From contig AP039690.1 of NCBI GenBank assembly GCA_051599415.1, positions 620,001-684,000 of the forward strand: DNA of 64,000 nucleotides, given 5' to 3'. Shown here piece after piece: positions 44,878 through 55,407 of the stretch (positions within the stretch are counted from its first letter, which is position 1; every line of letters begins with the position of its first letter). Made by a program: the position numbers and the translations under genes. Below the pieces are notes generated by a model. It did not search any database, was not told the DNA's origin, and saw nothing but the letters and a program-made list of their open reading frames with translations. The DNA comes from Savitreella phatthalungensis. Its lineage: Eukaryota.

Positions 44878-45645
44878 TCAAGCATTGAAAATGCGCGAAT
44901 AGAGTAGTGCATGACGTCCTTGATAGATATCAAGCAGCGGATGCGTCTGGCAAATATCGTCCGGCAGAATCTCACGTGTTCTCGAGATGCAGTCCAGAAT
45001 GAGATCATGCGTCGTACTAGAAGCCAGCAGCTCTGTCATCTCGTAAGGTCCCAGCAGACTCAATCTCACGGCGGCGCTCAGGACCGCCTTGACATGAGAT
45101 TGCACAAAAGTGTAAACGAGCTGATCGATTTCGACCCGTAATAGTTTCCCGACGAGTCCGTAGCAGACGCCAAAATGGCCAAATGCCTTCTTCTGCGATA
45201 TGGCAGTCTTATAGACCGTGAGCTCATCAGAGCTCTTTCCGGGACACAAACATCGATCTAACAATTTGAGCAGTGCACGACCTTGAGCTGCGCTTGCTCT
45301 GCGAGCTACTTCGCACGGCGTGTTTGCATCGAACAGGTCATCAAGTGAGCTTGATTCTTGTGGTGTAGCGTATGCAGCACGGAGTAGCGGAACCGTGGTA
45401 TGACAGAGTGAATCGACCGAGTGTAAGAGGAATTCGTCAATTGCCGTCTGCGGCGAGTGAGCAACGCACGACTCGAGCCCGGACGAATAAGCAAACTAGT
45501 AGTATCAGTATTGGGTGAACTCCAGTTTGGTCCTAACGTAAAGCTCTCGACCGGAAAAAACACTTACAGAACCGATTGGAAGAGCGGAGTCACTCAGGAT
45601 GAGCAGCAAGTGTAATTGCCTTGCCGCGTCGACGGCTACTGCCAT
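44878..45645 (-). CDS. ureF: Urease accessory protein UreF; intron 45496-45567
   Basis: Spliced: MAVAVDAARQLHLLLILSDSALPIGS|FAYSSGLES...ARRASAAQGRALL...GHFGVCYG...LSAAVRLSLLGP...QGRHALLYSRIFNA*; intron GTAAGT...TACTGAT...CTAG. Confidence 0.93.
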
Positions 45646-45853
45646 GCTTCTCAAAGCGGCACAAGACAGCGAAACACAACGCAGCTATGCTACGTATCAA
45701 GCATTGGCTACGTCTGATAACCCGTGGTGAGACGCGGGTCTGATACCACATGAAAATGATCTAGTCGATTATCCTGCATCGAGTGTAGTGTGCATCCCAA
45801 AAATAAAATCTGGCCAACCGATACAGAAACGAAAAAGATATGCACGATCAGCG

Positions 45854-46298
45854 CTAGAACGGATGATTCTCGGGCATGCACACACAATTAAGGTTGCAAC
45901 CTGCAGATCGAAACATCCAGGCGGGGTATGGAAGGGCACACTCACGTCTTGCCCAAATGTCAGGATGATTTTCAAAAGGGTCGTCACCGCGGCAATAGTT
46001 CCCGGCGTTGCGCAATGCGTTGTCGTCACTGGAGCTTTCTGCAGGTTGCGACATAGCTGGCATGATCATGCTCCAAGCCCTGGAGAAGCACACCAATCAA
46101 GGACAGACACGCTACGCATAACTTGTCCTTGCACCCTGTAGCATCATGCATCACTTGTGCAACGGTAAGTGGAGCATTTGCAAAATTGTGATATAGCCTG
46201 CTGATCGAGGTTGGCTGCAATAAGCTTCTTTGCTGTCCATGTCGATCACCATGCAAGCCGTATTCGACATACGTAGATGCAAGGGTGATTTTGTGCAT
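45854..46298 (-). CDS. Candidate small secreted Cys-rich protein (about 83 aa), predicted intron 46080-46272
   Basis: Joining MHKITLAST (donor GTATGT) to the acceptor CTTCTCCAG keeps frame: MHKITLASTAWSMIMPAMSQPAESSSDDNALRNAGNYC...EC...GCNLNCVCMPENHPF. The branch site is weak. Confidence 0.3.
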
Positions 46299-47163
46299 GT
46301 GTATGTGTGTGGGTTGCCCTCTTGACTTTGCAGCAAGGAGCGAATGCACGGATGGCTCGGTAGTACAGAAATGACGCAGATAAATCTAGGCAGTACTGCA
46401 CGCCAAGTCTAAGCTTAGACTCAAGTCGATATGGACATATACAACCCGCAATTTGCAGCAGGGGAATGCAGGTGCAGACGAGAGAATCAGCGCGGACACA
46501 TGTCAATCACTCGAGATAGCGTAAATTAGAGTTCTCTCTTGGCACTGCGAGACGTGTGTTATGACGATCAGGCTTAGACATCTCTCAGCAACCACTGGAA
46601 ACTCCATGTGAATAGGTGATAAAACATTTTGAGTACTGCCAGATTGATTACCAATATTAGTCAATAATTTGTTCTATGCGCCTGAGTCATCTTCTTGGGC
46701 CTTGATCTGCCTTTCTTTTTACTCATCACCCGTATTCTGTGACTAACCACGTTGAGCCACGTTATCCTGAAGAATGCTGGCCAGATGCTTCAGTACCCAA
46801 TTCGAAACGCCGGTCTTTATTTTGATTGGCTCTCTTTCAGCAATGCGATTATTCTCCTCTTTCTGGAAATCTTCTCTGCTCGAATCTATTTGAAATTCCT
46901 CTCATATTCTCTTGGCAGCCACGGAGCGAGGATCGACAGGCGGGCCGCCGGCTTTTGTCAGCGCACCGAAGGGAAAATTGAAGCGAGCGCAAGATTGCAA
47001 ATCACCGAATCGTCCAAGTAAGTGTGACTAGAACACGTTACTCATGATCATGCCACGACATCAACTACTTAATCACCCCTTCATCCCCTCTTCCCTATAC
47101 TCCACATCCGTACATCGACAAAGACAATCACTTCGTCTTCCACATTCGCATCGCACCATAAAC

Positions 47164-47634
47164 ATGACCCTTGCAGAGACATTCGCAAGTTTCAGCCTCC
47201 GCGCGACCGGACGCAAGGCAAGCAGCATAGGTTCACTGGATACACCCTTCAGCATGGACGACAACGACGACCTCCGCACAGCTGTGGACACTCATCCAAC
47301 TTCCACGCACGATCTCGAGATCAACCCATTCGAGAACTGCTTTGGCGCCTACCTTTCAGCGCCTGCATCTGGACACGGAAGCCCATCGCCTTCGCGCGCA
47401 CCTCGTCCATTCGCCGCAGAGCGCACATCCATCAACATGTCGCGCAACTCATCGATCAGCTCCAACGCGTCGTCGGTTGGTGCACCACGCACCCGCGCAC
47501 GTCTCGATGCTGCTCACGTAGCAGCAGCCAAGCTTGAGCGCGCACTCGAGTCCAGCTCGGCCTCTCAGCACAAGCAGCACAAGCAGCAGCGACAACAGGA
47601 ACCCGCTCGCGGTCGCACCCTCAGCCGCGACTGA
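47164..47634 (+). CDS. Hypothetical Ser-rich protein
   Basis: ATG in AACATG context after a C/A-rich leader; low-complexity ORF; no family recognised. Confidence 0.55.
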   Translation: MTLAETFASFSLRATGRKASSIGSLDTPFSMDDNDDLRTAVDTHPTSTHDLEINPFENCFGAYLSAPASGHGSPSPSRAPRPFAAERTSINMSRNSSISSNASSVGAPRTRARLDAAHVAAAKLERALESSSASQHKQHKQQRQQEPARGRTLSRD

Positions 47635-47846
47635 ACTTCCACTCAAGCTCTTGCTTATGCCCTGACGAAACCAAGCCCGCCTCGAGGACGACTACGACGA
47701 TAACGATGATACACTAAAATATGACCAACATTTTTTTACACACGATTACGAAGCCATGACCCTGATCTCATGGCAAAGCCTTCATCTTTCCACAGACGAA
47801 ATATATCTACATTGCCACCACACATCCACGAAATGTTTGCAACTTT

Positions 47847-48003
47847 GTAAGTGAAGCCGCCTTGGCATGCTCTGACTGAGATCTGAAGTCGGCGCTCGGA
47901 AGGGGGTGAATGCTCCCTTCATGCAAAGGTGTCCTCTTCATGGAAACTAAACCTTTCGGAATTTGCCTTTGCCTTCCGCTTCACGATGTTTCAAGACTAA
48001 CAG
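47847..48003 (+). ncRNA. Candidate structured RNA or structured intron outside annotated CDS
   Basis: Starts with GTAAGT and ends with GACTAACAG; interior pairs into several stems (see findings). Confidence 0.35.
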
Positions 48004-48924
48004 GACATTCGGCGCCGGCATTCTGATCTCCGCCGATCCGCCGATTCGACTTTTTGAGGAAGCTCGGCGGTTGTGCATCCGAGGTGTCAATTGACTATTA
48101 AGTAGATCTATTAAGTAGATCTTAAATTTGTAGGTATAGCATTTGTATTCGCCAGAAGTGATCTAATTTACAACCTGAAATCTTCAGTGGAGATTTGGAA
48201 TGTTTAGGTGGTTGATTGTTCTAAGCCAACCGGGGCAGAACCGCCAATCTTTTCTCTGTCTCGGTTAGGATTCTGATTGGCGGATGGTGATCTACCTGAC
48301 TCTTGGCCTGTCGAGCCGAAGCACGGGATCATTGTGAATATGTGTATCAGGACTCGTATACTGAGTCCTCGGCGCAATCATCGAAGGTTTCTTGGAGGGC
48401 TTGTAACGCTCTCATCTCGCTTATCCCGGCCGCTGGTTCTAGGCAGCTGGCAGCTCCGCACCGCACCGCAACTGTGTCTCGACTGTCCAGAGACTCTCAT
48501 ATTCATTGAAAGCTCTGGTACACCAAGAAAGCTTTCCTGACCGGACTATCAGGGACAGTGCTGTAGTTCTTGACTAGCAAAGAAAGTCTGCTCCTGAGTT
48601 TGGTCGCGTGAATGATTATATCGAGCACTGACCGTTGTGTCATTCATCGATTGTGGCGTGCATCTTTCTAGGAAGCCTTCAGGTGGTCAAATCAAACGAT
48701 CAAATTGGATTTTATGACAACTTCAGATTTCGCGTGACGTAGCACCAATTAAACCCAATCCACATAGATCGAGCACGGGGTCTGTCGGGGTCTCGATCAG
48801 GAGATACCCTTTACGGGCATTCATTCATACTATCAGTCAACGAGTGCTTGCCCGTGTCTCCATCACAAATACGGTAGCTGCCTGGCTGACCTAGACGTTG
48901 GTCCGGCATGCCGCTTGACTTGAC

Positions 48925-50466
48925 ATGAATGCTGTGATTGATGCGTTCGCCAGTTATGCGGGCTCGCTTGCGGCAGTGGCAGCTGCTGCACAAAGACTCA
49001 AAGACCAGCTGATGGCGCGTGGCCACGAGGACGAATCACAGTCAGGATGGGAGGAAGTCCTCAGCAGGTTGACACACACCTACAACCTCTCTTCCACGCC
49101 GGGACACTCAGATCCCACGACCATCGGCACACCCACCGAGCTCGACGACGACGACCTGGAAAAGACAATCGTCTGCGCCGCGTCTTCATATGCAGCGTAT
49201 CGCTGGACTGCGGAAGATGAGTACACCTGGACGGCTTACATTGATCAGCTGATTCGCGAGTGCTATCCTTCACCAGACCCAATTTGGATTGACTCTGGCG
49301 AGCTCATCCCGCAGACCATACTGCTCAATGACGGCGCACATTACATGCGGCATTCGAAGCCTGCGCTCCACCTCGCTCTTCATCACAGACTTGATGCGGT
49401 GATCATGTCGATGCGTGGCACCGCTGTGCTCGCAGACTGGGCATCCAATCTGCACTCTGCGCCGGTGATGCTCAATCTACCAGCAGTCGGTCGGGCCGGC
49501 ACTAGAACAGTCCAGGTCCACGGCGGCTTCTATCGAATCGCTGTCGCCATTCACACGCACCCAGCCGTGAGATCATACGTCTCAAAAGCGCTCTTATCTC
49601 TCGAATCGTCCGAACAGCGTCCGAAGATACTGCTGACAGGACACTCCCAGGCTGGAGCTGTCATGTCCCTTCTCGCGGTACTCTATGCACAAGACTACCC
49701 TCAGACCGACGTCGAAGCAATTGGCTTCGGTTCCGGAGCGTGTATCTCCGATCCTTCTGTCTTGAAATCTTCGCGACAGCCCTCCCGGAGCAAGCACCGA
49801 GTCAGTAGGACACCGGCCATCACCACCATCGTGCGCTGTGTTCGTCATCGTGCTTCATCTCGCAGTCAAGACTGGCTAGTAGATCCTGTACCGATGATTG
49901 ATGATTCGCTAGCCTCGCTTCCGTCCTGGCTGCATGGTGGATCTCACCACAGCGTCTCGACCAACGATACCTCTAGCTCCGCAGGCCATCGTAGATCGGC
50001 AACGAGCGGTCCAGTCTCTATGCTCGTTCCGGGCAGAGTGTTGATCGCCTTGGACGATCGCCACACGCATCTCTCGATCCTCCGAGACCTTTCTGCATCG
50101 GCCCCACACAAGCCTGCCATCGAGCGTGCTGGCGGCGACACTCTCAAGCGCATGCTTGGCGGCAGAGCACTTGCGGATCCGGGCAGAGGTGCATCAATTG
50201 CTCACTCGATGCGCGGCTACCTTCTGACAGTCCTGCGCCTGCACGTGACTTGGCGAAATCGCGCGCATGGCCACGTCGTTGGCAACGGTCAAGTCTCTCT
50301 CAACCGACCACAAAACGACGACGATCCCGATATCGATGCATCAGCAACTGACTCCAGTGACGACGAGATCGACGACTTTATAGACAACACCTCACATCAA
50401 CCAGCCCAGAACAATCCGAGCGCTAGATACAACCTCCGCTCGCGCACACAGCATCAAGAAGTTTGA
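48925..50466 (+). CDS. Lipase class 3 family alpha/beta hydrolase
   Basis: MSMRGT..LADWASNL, VHGGF, LLTGHSQAGAV nucleophile elbow, DPVPMI, AHSM. Confidence 0.8.
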   Translation: MNAVIDAFASYAGSLAAVAAAAQRLKDQLMARGHEDESQSGWEEVLSRLTHTYNLSSTPGHSDPTTIGTPTELDDDDLEKTIVCAASSYAAYRWTAEDEYTWTAYIDQLIRECYPSPDPIWIDSGELIPQTILLNDGAHYMRHSKPALHLALHHRLDAVIMSMRGTAVLADWASNLHSAPVMLNLPAVGRAGTRTVQVHGGFYRIAVAIHTHPAVRSYVSKALLSLESSEQRPKILLTGHSQAGAVMSLLAVLYAQDYPQTDVEAIGFGSGACISDPSVLKSSRQPSRSKHRVSRTPAITTIVRCVRHRASSRSQDWLVDPVPMIDDSLASLPSWLHGGSHHSVSTNDTSSSAGHRRSATSGPVSMLVPGRVLIALDDRHTHLSILRDLSASAPHKPAIERAGGDTLKRMLGGRALADPGRGASIAHSMRGYLLTVLRLHVTWRNRAHGHVVGNGQVSLNRPQNDDDPDIDASATDSSDDEIDDFIDNTSHQPAQNNPSARYNLRSRTQHQEV

Positions 50467-50592
50467 GATTGCGATGGTCGAGATCATGTATAGAGCTGGA
50501 ATGAATAAAAATAAGGGAGTCTTGTCTTGTCTTGTCGGTCTTGCTTTGTCGTGTCGATTATCGAGTGCATGTACAGGCAGCGTGGATCCACT

Positions 50593-51672
50593 CTAGGTGG
50601 ACTGGCTGGTAGAAGGTCTCCAGAACCAGCCGCTCGAACTCGCCCTGCCTTTCTTCCTGAGATCACCCATCCCATCAGCCTCGCCACCAGCACCATCTGG
50701 CGGCAGCCTGACGTTCGACCCGAGACTCCGTCGAACAGGTCTCTTGCCTGGGGACACACTCCGTGATCCTTCCGTCTCGTGAATGACTTCGAAGGGCTCG
50801 TTCGCGGTGCCTGCTCCTGTGACAACGGCATCGCCATCGGCATCGGTGTCTGTGTGGAGGAGGGACGACAGTCCTACTGGGGTGGACACGCTCCTGACGG
50901 CGTTATTTGTGCGACCCGGGAATTTCCTGGGGGACGTGCCTCGTGAGGATCTGGCAGATGCCGCCGTCATCGGCGTACCTACCCCATCGTCCGCATCCAG
51001 CGACGCCAGCGCCGCCAGCAACCTCGCACGGCGTTCCCCAACATACCTCCTGCGCGCCTCCCCTTCCAAGTGCGGAGGCACCTCCTCCGCCTCCTCACCC
51101 CCACCCACCCGGCGCGTGTACGTCGCCAACCAATCCCCCAGCACACCAGCTCCACCCACACCACCACCCGGCGTCAACCGCGCTAGAATCCCACCAACAT
51201 ACGACGACCTCGGGTCTCGCGAGACCGCAACAGTCTGCCTGAAGTGGCGCTCGCGCTGACCGAAGACGAGGTCTCCGATGGCTGCTAGGGTTTTCTGGAC
51301 GAGTTGCCCTCCTGCTGTGGAGATGGTGTGTGTGGCTTTGGCGAGGGCGGTGTCTAGGTGTTGCTCGTGGTGGGCGAGGAAGGGCTGTAGGTGGTGTGTG
51401 TAGAGGTAGACTGCGCCTGCTGTCTGCGGCAGCAGTAGCCACACGATCAACGCCAGCTTCACCTCCCTGTACACGGGCACCCACGACACAGCCCACCCGA
51501 CCCACCACTCACACACACTCAACCCACCAACCACACTCCAGTACATCAGCCACCACCGGCATCCATCCATCCCCTCGGCAGAGTGAGATGCAGAGAGCGC
51601 CTTGTACGTGCCGTAGATAGGGAACCCGTAACCGACGACCGACGTCACCGCCGATGTCACCGGACCGAACAT
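50593..51672 (-). CDS. TB2/DP1/HVA22 (REEP1-4-like) ER-shaping protein
   Basis: GYGFPIYGTYKAL, WLMYWSVVG, WVPVYREVK...WLLLPQT.GA..LY...LQPFL..HE..LD; start MFGPV at 51672. Confidence 0.88.
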   Translation of the reverse strand: MFGPVTSAVTSVVGYGFPIYGTYKALSASHSAEGMDGCRWWLMYWSVVGGLSVCEWWVGWAVSWVPVYREVKLALIVWLLLPQTAGAVYLYTHHLQPFLAHHEQHLDTALAKATHTISTAGGQLVQKTLAAIGDLVFGQRERHFRQTVAVSRDPRSSYVGGILARLTPGGGVGGAGVLGDWLATYTRRVGGGEEAEEVPPHLEGEARRRYVGERRARLLAALASLDADDGVGTPMTAASARSSRGTSPRKFPGRTNNAVRSVSTPVGLSSLLHTDTDADGDAVVTGAGTANEPFEVIHETEGSRSVSPGKRPVRRSLGSNVRLPPDGAGGEADGMGDLRKKGRASSSGWFWRPSTSQST

Positions 51673-52148
51673 CGCTATCGGAAGAGGTCCAGGCGTTTGT
51701 GTGCTCTTGTGTGCTCTTGTATGTGGATATGTGTGCTGACTTTTGTTACGTATATCGTTGATCAATTTCGATAACGTCCACGCGAGCGGTGACACTCCCC
51801 ACACACGAACACAAAATACACAAAGGACAGAGGTAGATAGATAGAAACGGATGGATACTCTAGATGTGGATAATCAGATTGATGGTAATTGATTTCTTAG
51901 TCGCTATATAGATCGATCGATGGATGATGAGACTAGGTTAGATGTCATTAACTGGGATGGACAGTGGTGGTTTGGTGTATGTAATGTTGCTTGCCTGTAT
52001 CAGGGACGGTTAGTTGCCCCGTGGCGCAGAGGAGAGACGGGGTCAGAAGTCTGTTCTCTTTTTTTCGACTTGCTAACTCAGCCTTGGAGACTCCCATTGC
52101 AAGACAACGAACTCGCTGCAGAGATGCAGTCTAGGTATACGTGCACGC

Positions 52149-52955
52149 TTAGATGGCAATACCAGCAAAGAGTGCGGCGGCGACGGCGGCAACGATACCG
52201 CCGAACGACGACTTGGCCGAGTTTGCGCCGGAGGATGCACGCGGGAGACCGGTGGTCGGTGCGGCTGTGGTGGCTGCTGCACGGGTGGTGGTCGCTGCTG
52301 CGGCAGTCGGGACGACGACCGAGGCCACACCAGTCGCTCCTGGGTTCGCAGGCTGGGAGACACAGGCGTTGGAGCCCTGGGCGGTGAGGGTGACTGCCTG
52401 GCAGTTCGACTGCGCGCCGGTCAGGGTCGCATAGATGTTGTAGCCCTGGCCGGCCTGTCCGAGCTGGCAGGCGTAGAATTGGGTGTTGCCGTTGAAGGCG
52501 AGCAGGCCGTTGGAGATGGAGAATCCGGTGACGGTGGCGCCGGTCGTTGGCGCGTAGTTGCACTGGAACTGAGCCTGGTTCTGACCAGAGATCTCGCAGA
52601 TCCGGCCTGCCTGGTCGTACACCTGTCCGTTGACGAGGGTGAAGGTGGAGGTGGTACGTCCTGCAGCTGCCTGGATCTGTCCATCGGCGATCTGGCCGAG
52701 CGGGAACTGGTTGTTGGCAACGAGCGGGAAGGAGCAGGCTGCCGATCCCGAGGTGCCGATGGCGACCGGGGCGACGTTTGCGTTTGCTGGGACTGCGGTC
52801 GGGACGGAAGCACCGAGAGTGGTGGTGACTCCGTTGACGACGGCAAGCGTGTAGGCGACGACGACCTGGCTAGTGACGCACTGGCACTGCTGGGCTGCGA
52901 CGGTGCCGACGGCGGTACCGGCAACGATGGCTGCGACCTGGTTCTTAGAGACCAT
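52149..52955 (-). CDS. Cell-wall protein with one PIR repeat, Cys-containing domain and GPI signal
   Basis: Signal peptide, GQIADGQIQA PIR repeat, DQAGRIC...QFQ...FYAC..YNIY..C pattern, A/T-rich stalk, hydrophobic C-terminus. Confidence 0.85.
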   Translation of the reverse strand: MVSKNQVAAIVAGTAVGTVAAQQCQCVTSQVVVAYTLAVVNGVTTTLGASVPTAVPANANVAPVAIGTSGSAACSFPLVANNQFPLGQIADGQIQAAAGRTTSTFTLVNGQVYDQAGRICEISGQNQAQFQCNYAPTTGATVTGFSISNGLLAFNGNTQFYACQLGQAGQGYNIYATLTGAQSNCQAVTLTAQGSNACVSQPANPGATGVASVVVPTAAAATTTRAAATTAAPTTGLPRASSGANSAKSSFGGIVAAVAAALFAGIAI

Positions 52956-53962
52956 TATGAATAGATTTAGAGTTGAGTAAAGGTAACGGGCGAAGGTCGC
53001 GCGATTTTTAAGATGTCAAGAGAGGTTGTTTTGAGCTTGTCGAAGAACGAGCGTCGAGAGATCGAGACCAAAGAACGGTGACCGTAGGGTGGTAACGAGA
53101 GTGGGGGGAGAGTCTGTGTAGTGTCTGTGAAGAAGAAGTGTAAATGATGCGACTTCGCTTGTCCTTATATTGGGCGAGCGATTGACGGGATGACCAGTGG
53201 GACGGACGGTGGACCGATAGAGGAACAGGTGATGTGCGTATGCGCGCGCGTTTGTGTGTGTGTGTGTTTGTCCGTTCGGGTATGAGATGGACAACAGAAG
53301 CAAGAGCAGCGTGGAGTACAGAACTCTACGCTTCTCTGCTCCAGCCTTCAGACGCTTGAACAACAGTCGTTAGATTTCCACCGCTCCAAGATGATCGAGT
53401 GAGTGACTGAGTGACTGACTGGGGATTGAGCTTACAGGAGAATGGGCCTAAAAGAGAGACAGTGTGAAAGTGATATCTATTGAAAGCGAAGACGAATGTG
53501 GCATGTGTTGGATTGTGGATGGAAGATGAGCAGCTTCACTGGACGGTTTCGTTCAGGTCGAGTGTAAATCCCTTCCTCCTTACCTCAATCCAAAGTCAGT
53601 TCCAGACTTCTTGAGCGGAAAGGTAAACACGGCTGACAGACAGCCATCATGAGCACTCAGGTTTAGGGAGCATTACTGAGGAAGGTCAAATGAAGAAACG
53701 CCATCTCTGCTGAACAGAGTGATTCAGATAGTTGGACGTGGTGATCTAGAGACCATGGCAGGTAACGAAGCGTATGGAGTGACTGTTTACAGATTCCAAG
53801 GCAGTAAGATAAAGTTGGCTTCCGTCTGATGCAGAGGACTGGTTGACGATGATCGAATGAGCGGGTTGAGTGTAGATGAGAAAGAGGAAAGGCCGAAAGT
53901 GTTGAATTGTTTGTAGATCAGATGGAAATTTTGGATTGACCTGTAGTACAGTTGACAGAGAA

Positions 53963-53982
53963 AGAGAGAGAGAGAGAGAGAG
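53963..53982. repeat. (AG)10 microsatellite
   Basis: Direct reading. Confidence 0.9.
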
Positions 53983-55407
53983 TATTGACCTGGATTGTAT
54001 TCAGCTCTGGAAGAATATACCCAGGTAGAATTTACTTCGGGTCCAGGTGAACGCCTCATTCTCCTGTCTGAAACCTTTCATTTGGGACTCTACCCGTTGT
54101 AATGGATGACGATAGGATTGAAAAGTAGAAAGGATGCTATTTTGAGATTTGACCTGTTACTGATGCGCATTTCTGGCTGTCGATTAACAAATTTTCTGGC
54201 AAATCTGAAAGCTGGTAGTGCTGATCCATTCCTTGGAATTTAGTACTTATGCATTCCTCAACCAGCCAACCCACCTGAATTACTCTCACTTTCCGATTTC
54301 TCACCTTCGATATACCCATCGGTTTATGAATGACTGGTGGCGTCTGTTATCCGGATCGAGCGATTGACCTTGACCTGATACACAAACAATCAATCAACTC
54401 GAAACACAGATGGTTTCGAATCGTATCATGGAATTTCGTTGCCATACAAGTCATTCGCTCATTCACTCATCAATCACTGTCTCTACAAGAGCTTCCAATA
54501 CAGCAGAGAATCGATCATATTCAGTCAGGCATTCACTTAGACAGTCAGTTGAGCGGAAGGAAACTATCGAGTCTACTGCTCAACCTGTCAAGGATTTAAA
54601 GATCCATGCTCTTGTGCAAGGAGTGATGCTGACGATGTTTCTTTGTGCTTCATCACGCGTGGACAAAAGTTGGTCGACCGCATTGAGCACAATTGCTCTC
54701 GTGGCCGTCTAGAGACAGACACTTTCGATGATGACGATCATCCAACGTTCATTCATCATCATTGTCGATGATTCAACTCGCGTATACGTACGATTCTAAC
54801 CCGTGTTCAACGTAATAGAGTTTGAGGTTTCTAAATTCTAACGGGAGTCGGGTTAAAGCACATTCCTGCCGTTTGATCATGCCAACTTCATCTTACTTAC
54901 CCCAGACAGAATTCATGTCGAACTGTACAGTGACCGGACTGAAAACCGGGACAAATATAGAAGCAATTGATGCTCCACCGGATCGAGCATGATCTCTGAC
55001 GATCTCCCCCATATCCATCCACCTGGTCATTCCTCGTGGATGGAGTTCATATGTCCTATATGTCTCACCGACGCATCCTCCCTCGTCAAATCCCATAGAG
55101 ACTGGAACGTCATCTTGTCTCCTTCGGCAGGCACGCGAGCGATCTAGTGGATCCGTTCATTTGCAGTGTCTTCGTTGTGACGTAGGTCCGGCCTGTGTCG
55201 TTGTGTGATTCGTCATTAGCCGATGACTTTTCTCAATCACTCTCCATCGCTCCACACCTCGTCCCAGAGAGAACTGTAGGGTGGTGCCCTATGCATGCGT
55301 CCATGCACACACACATCGATGCACAATTGACCCACTTGCCCACACACGTGCTCATCCAGGTGGACTTATGATCCCGTACAATATACAATCGTCTTGATAT
55401 CTGCGTT

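Noticed and set aside
47847..48070. Identification as U1 snRNA, RNase P RNA, SRP RNA, TPP riboswitch or hammerhead ribozyme
   Set aside because: Only fragments match (GAUCUGAAG loop, AAGUCGG/UUCGACUU pairing, UGGAAAC, CUGAGA); the required conserved cores are missing.
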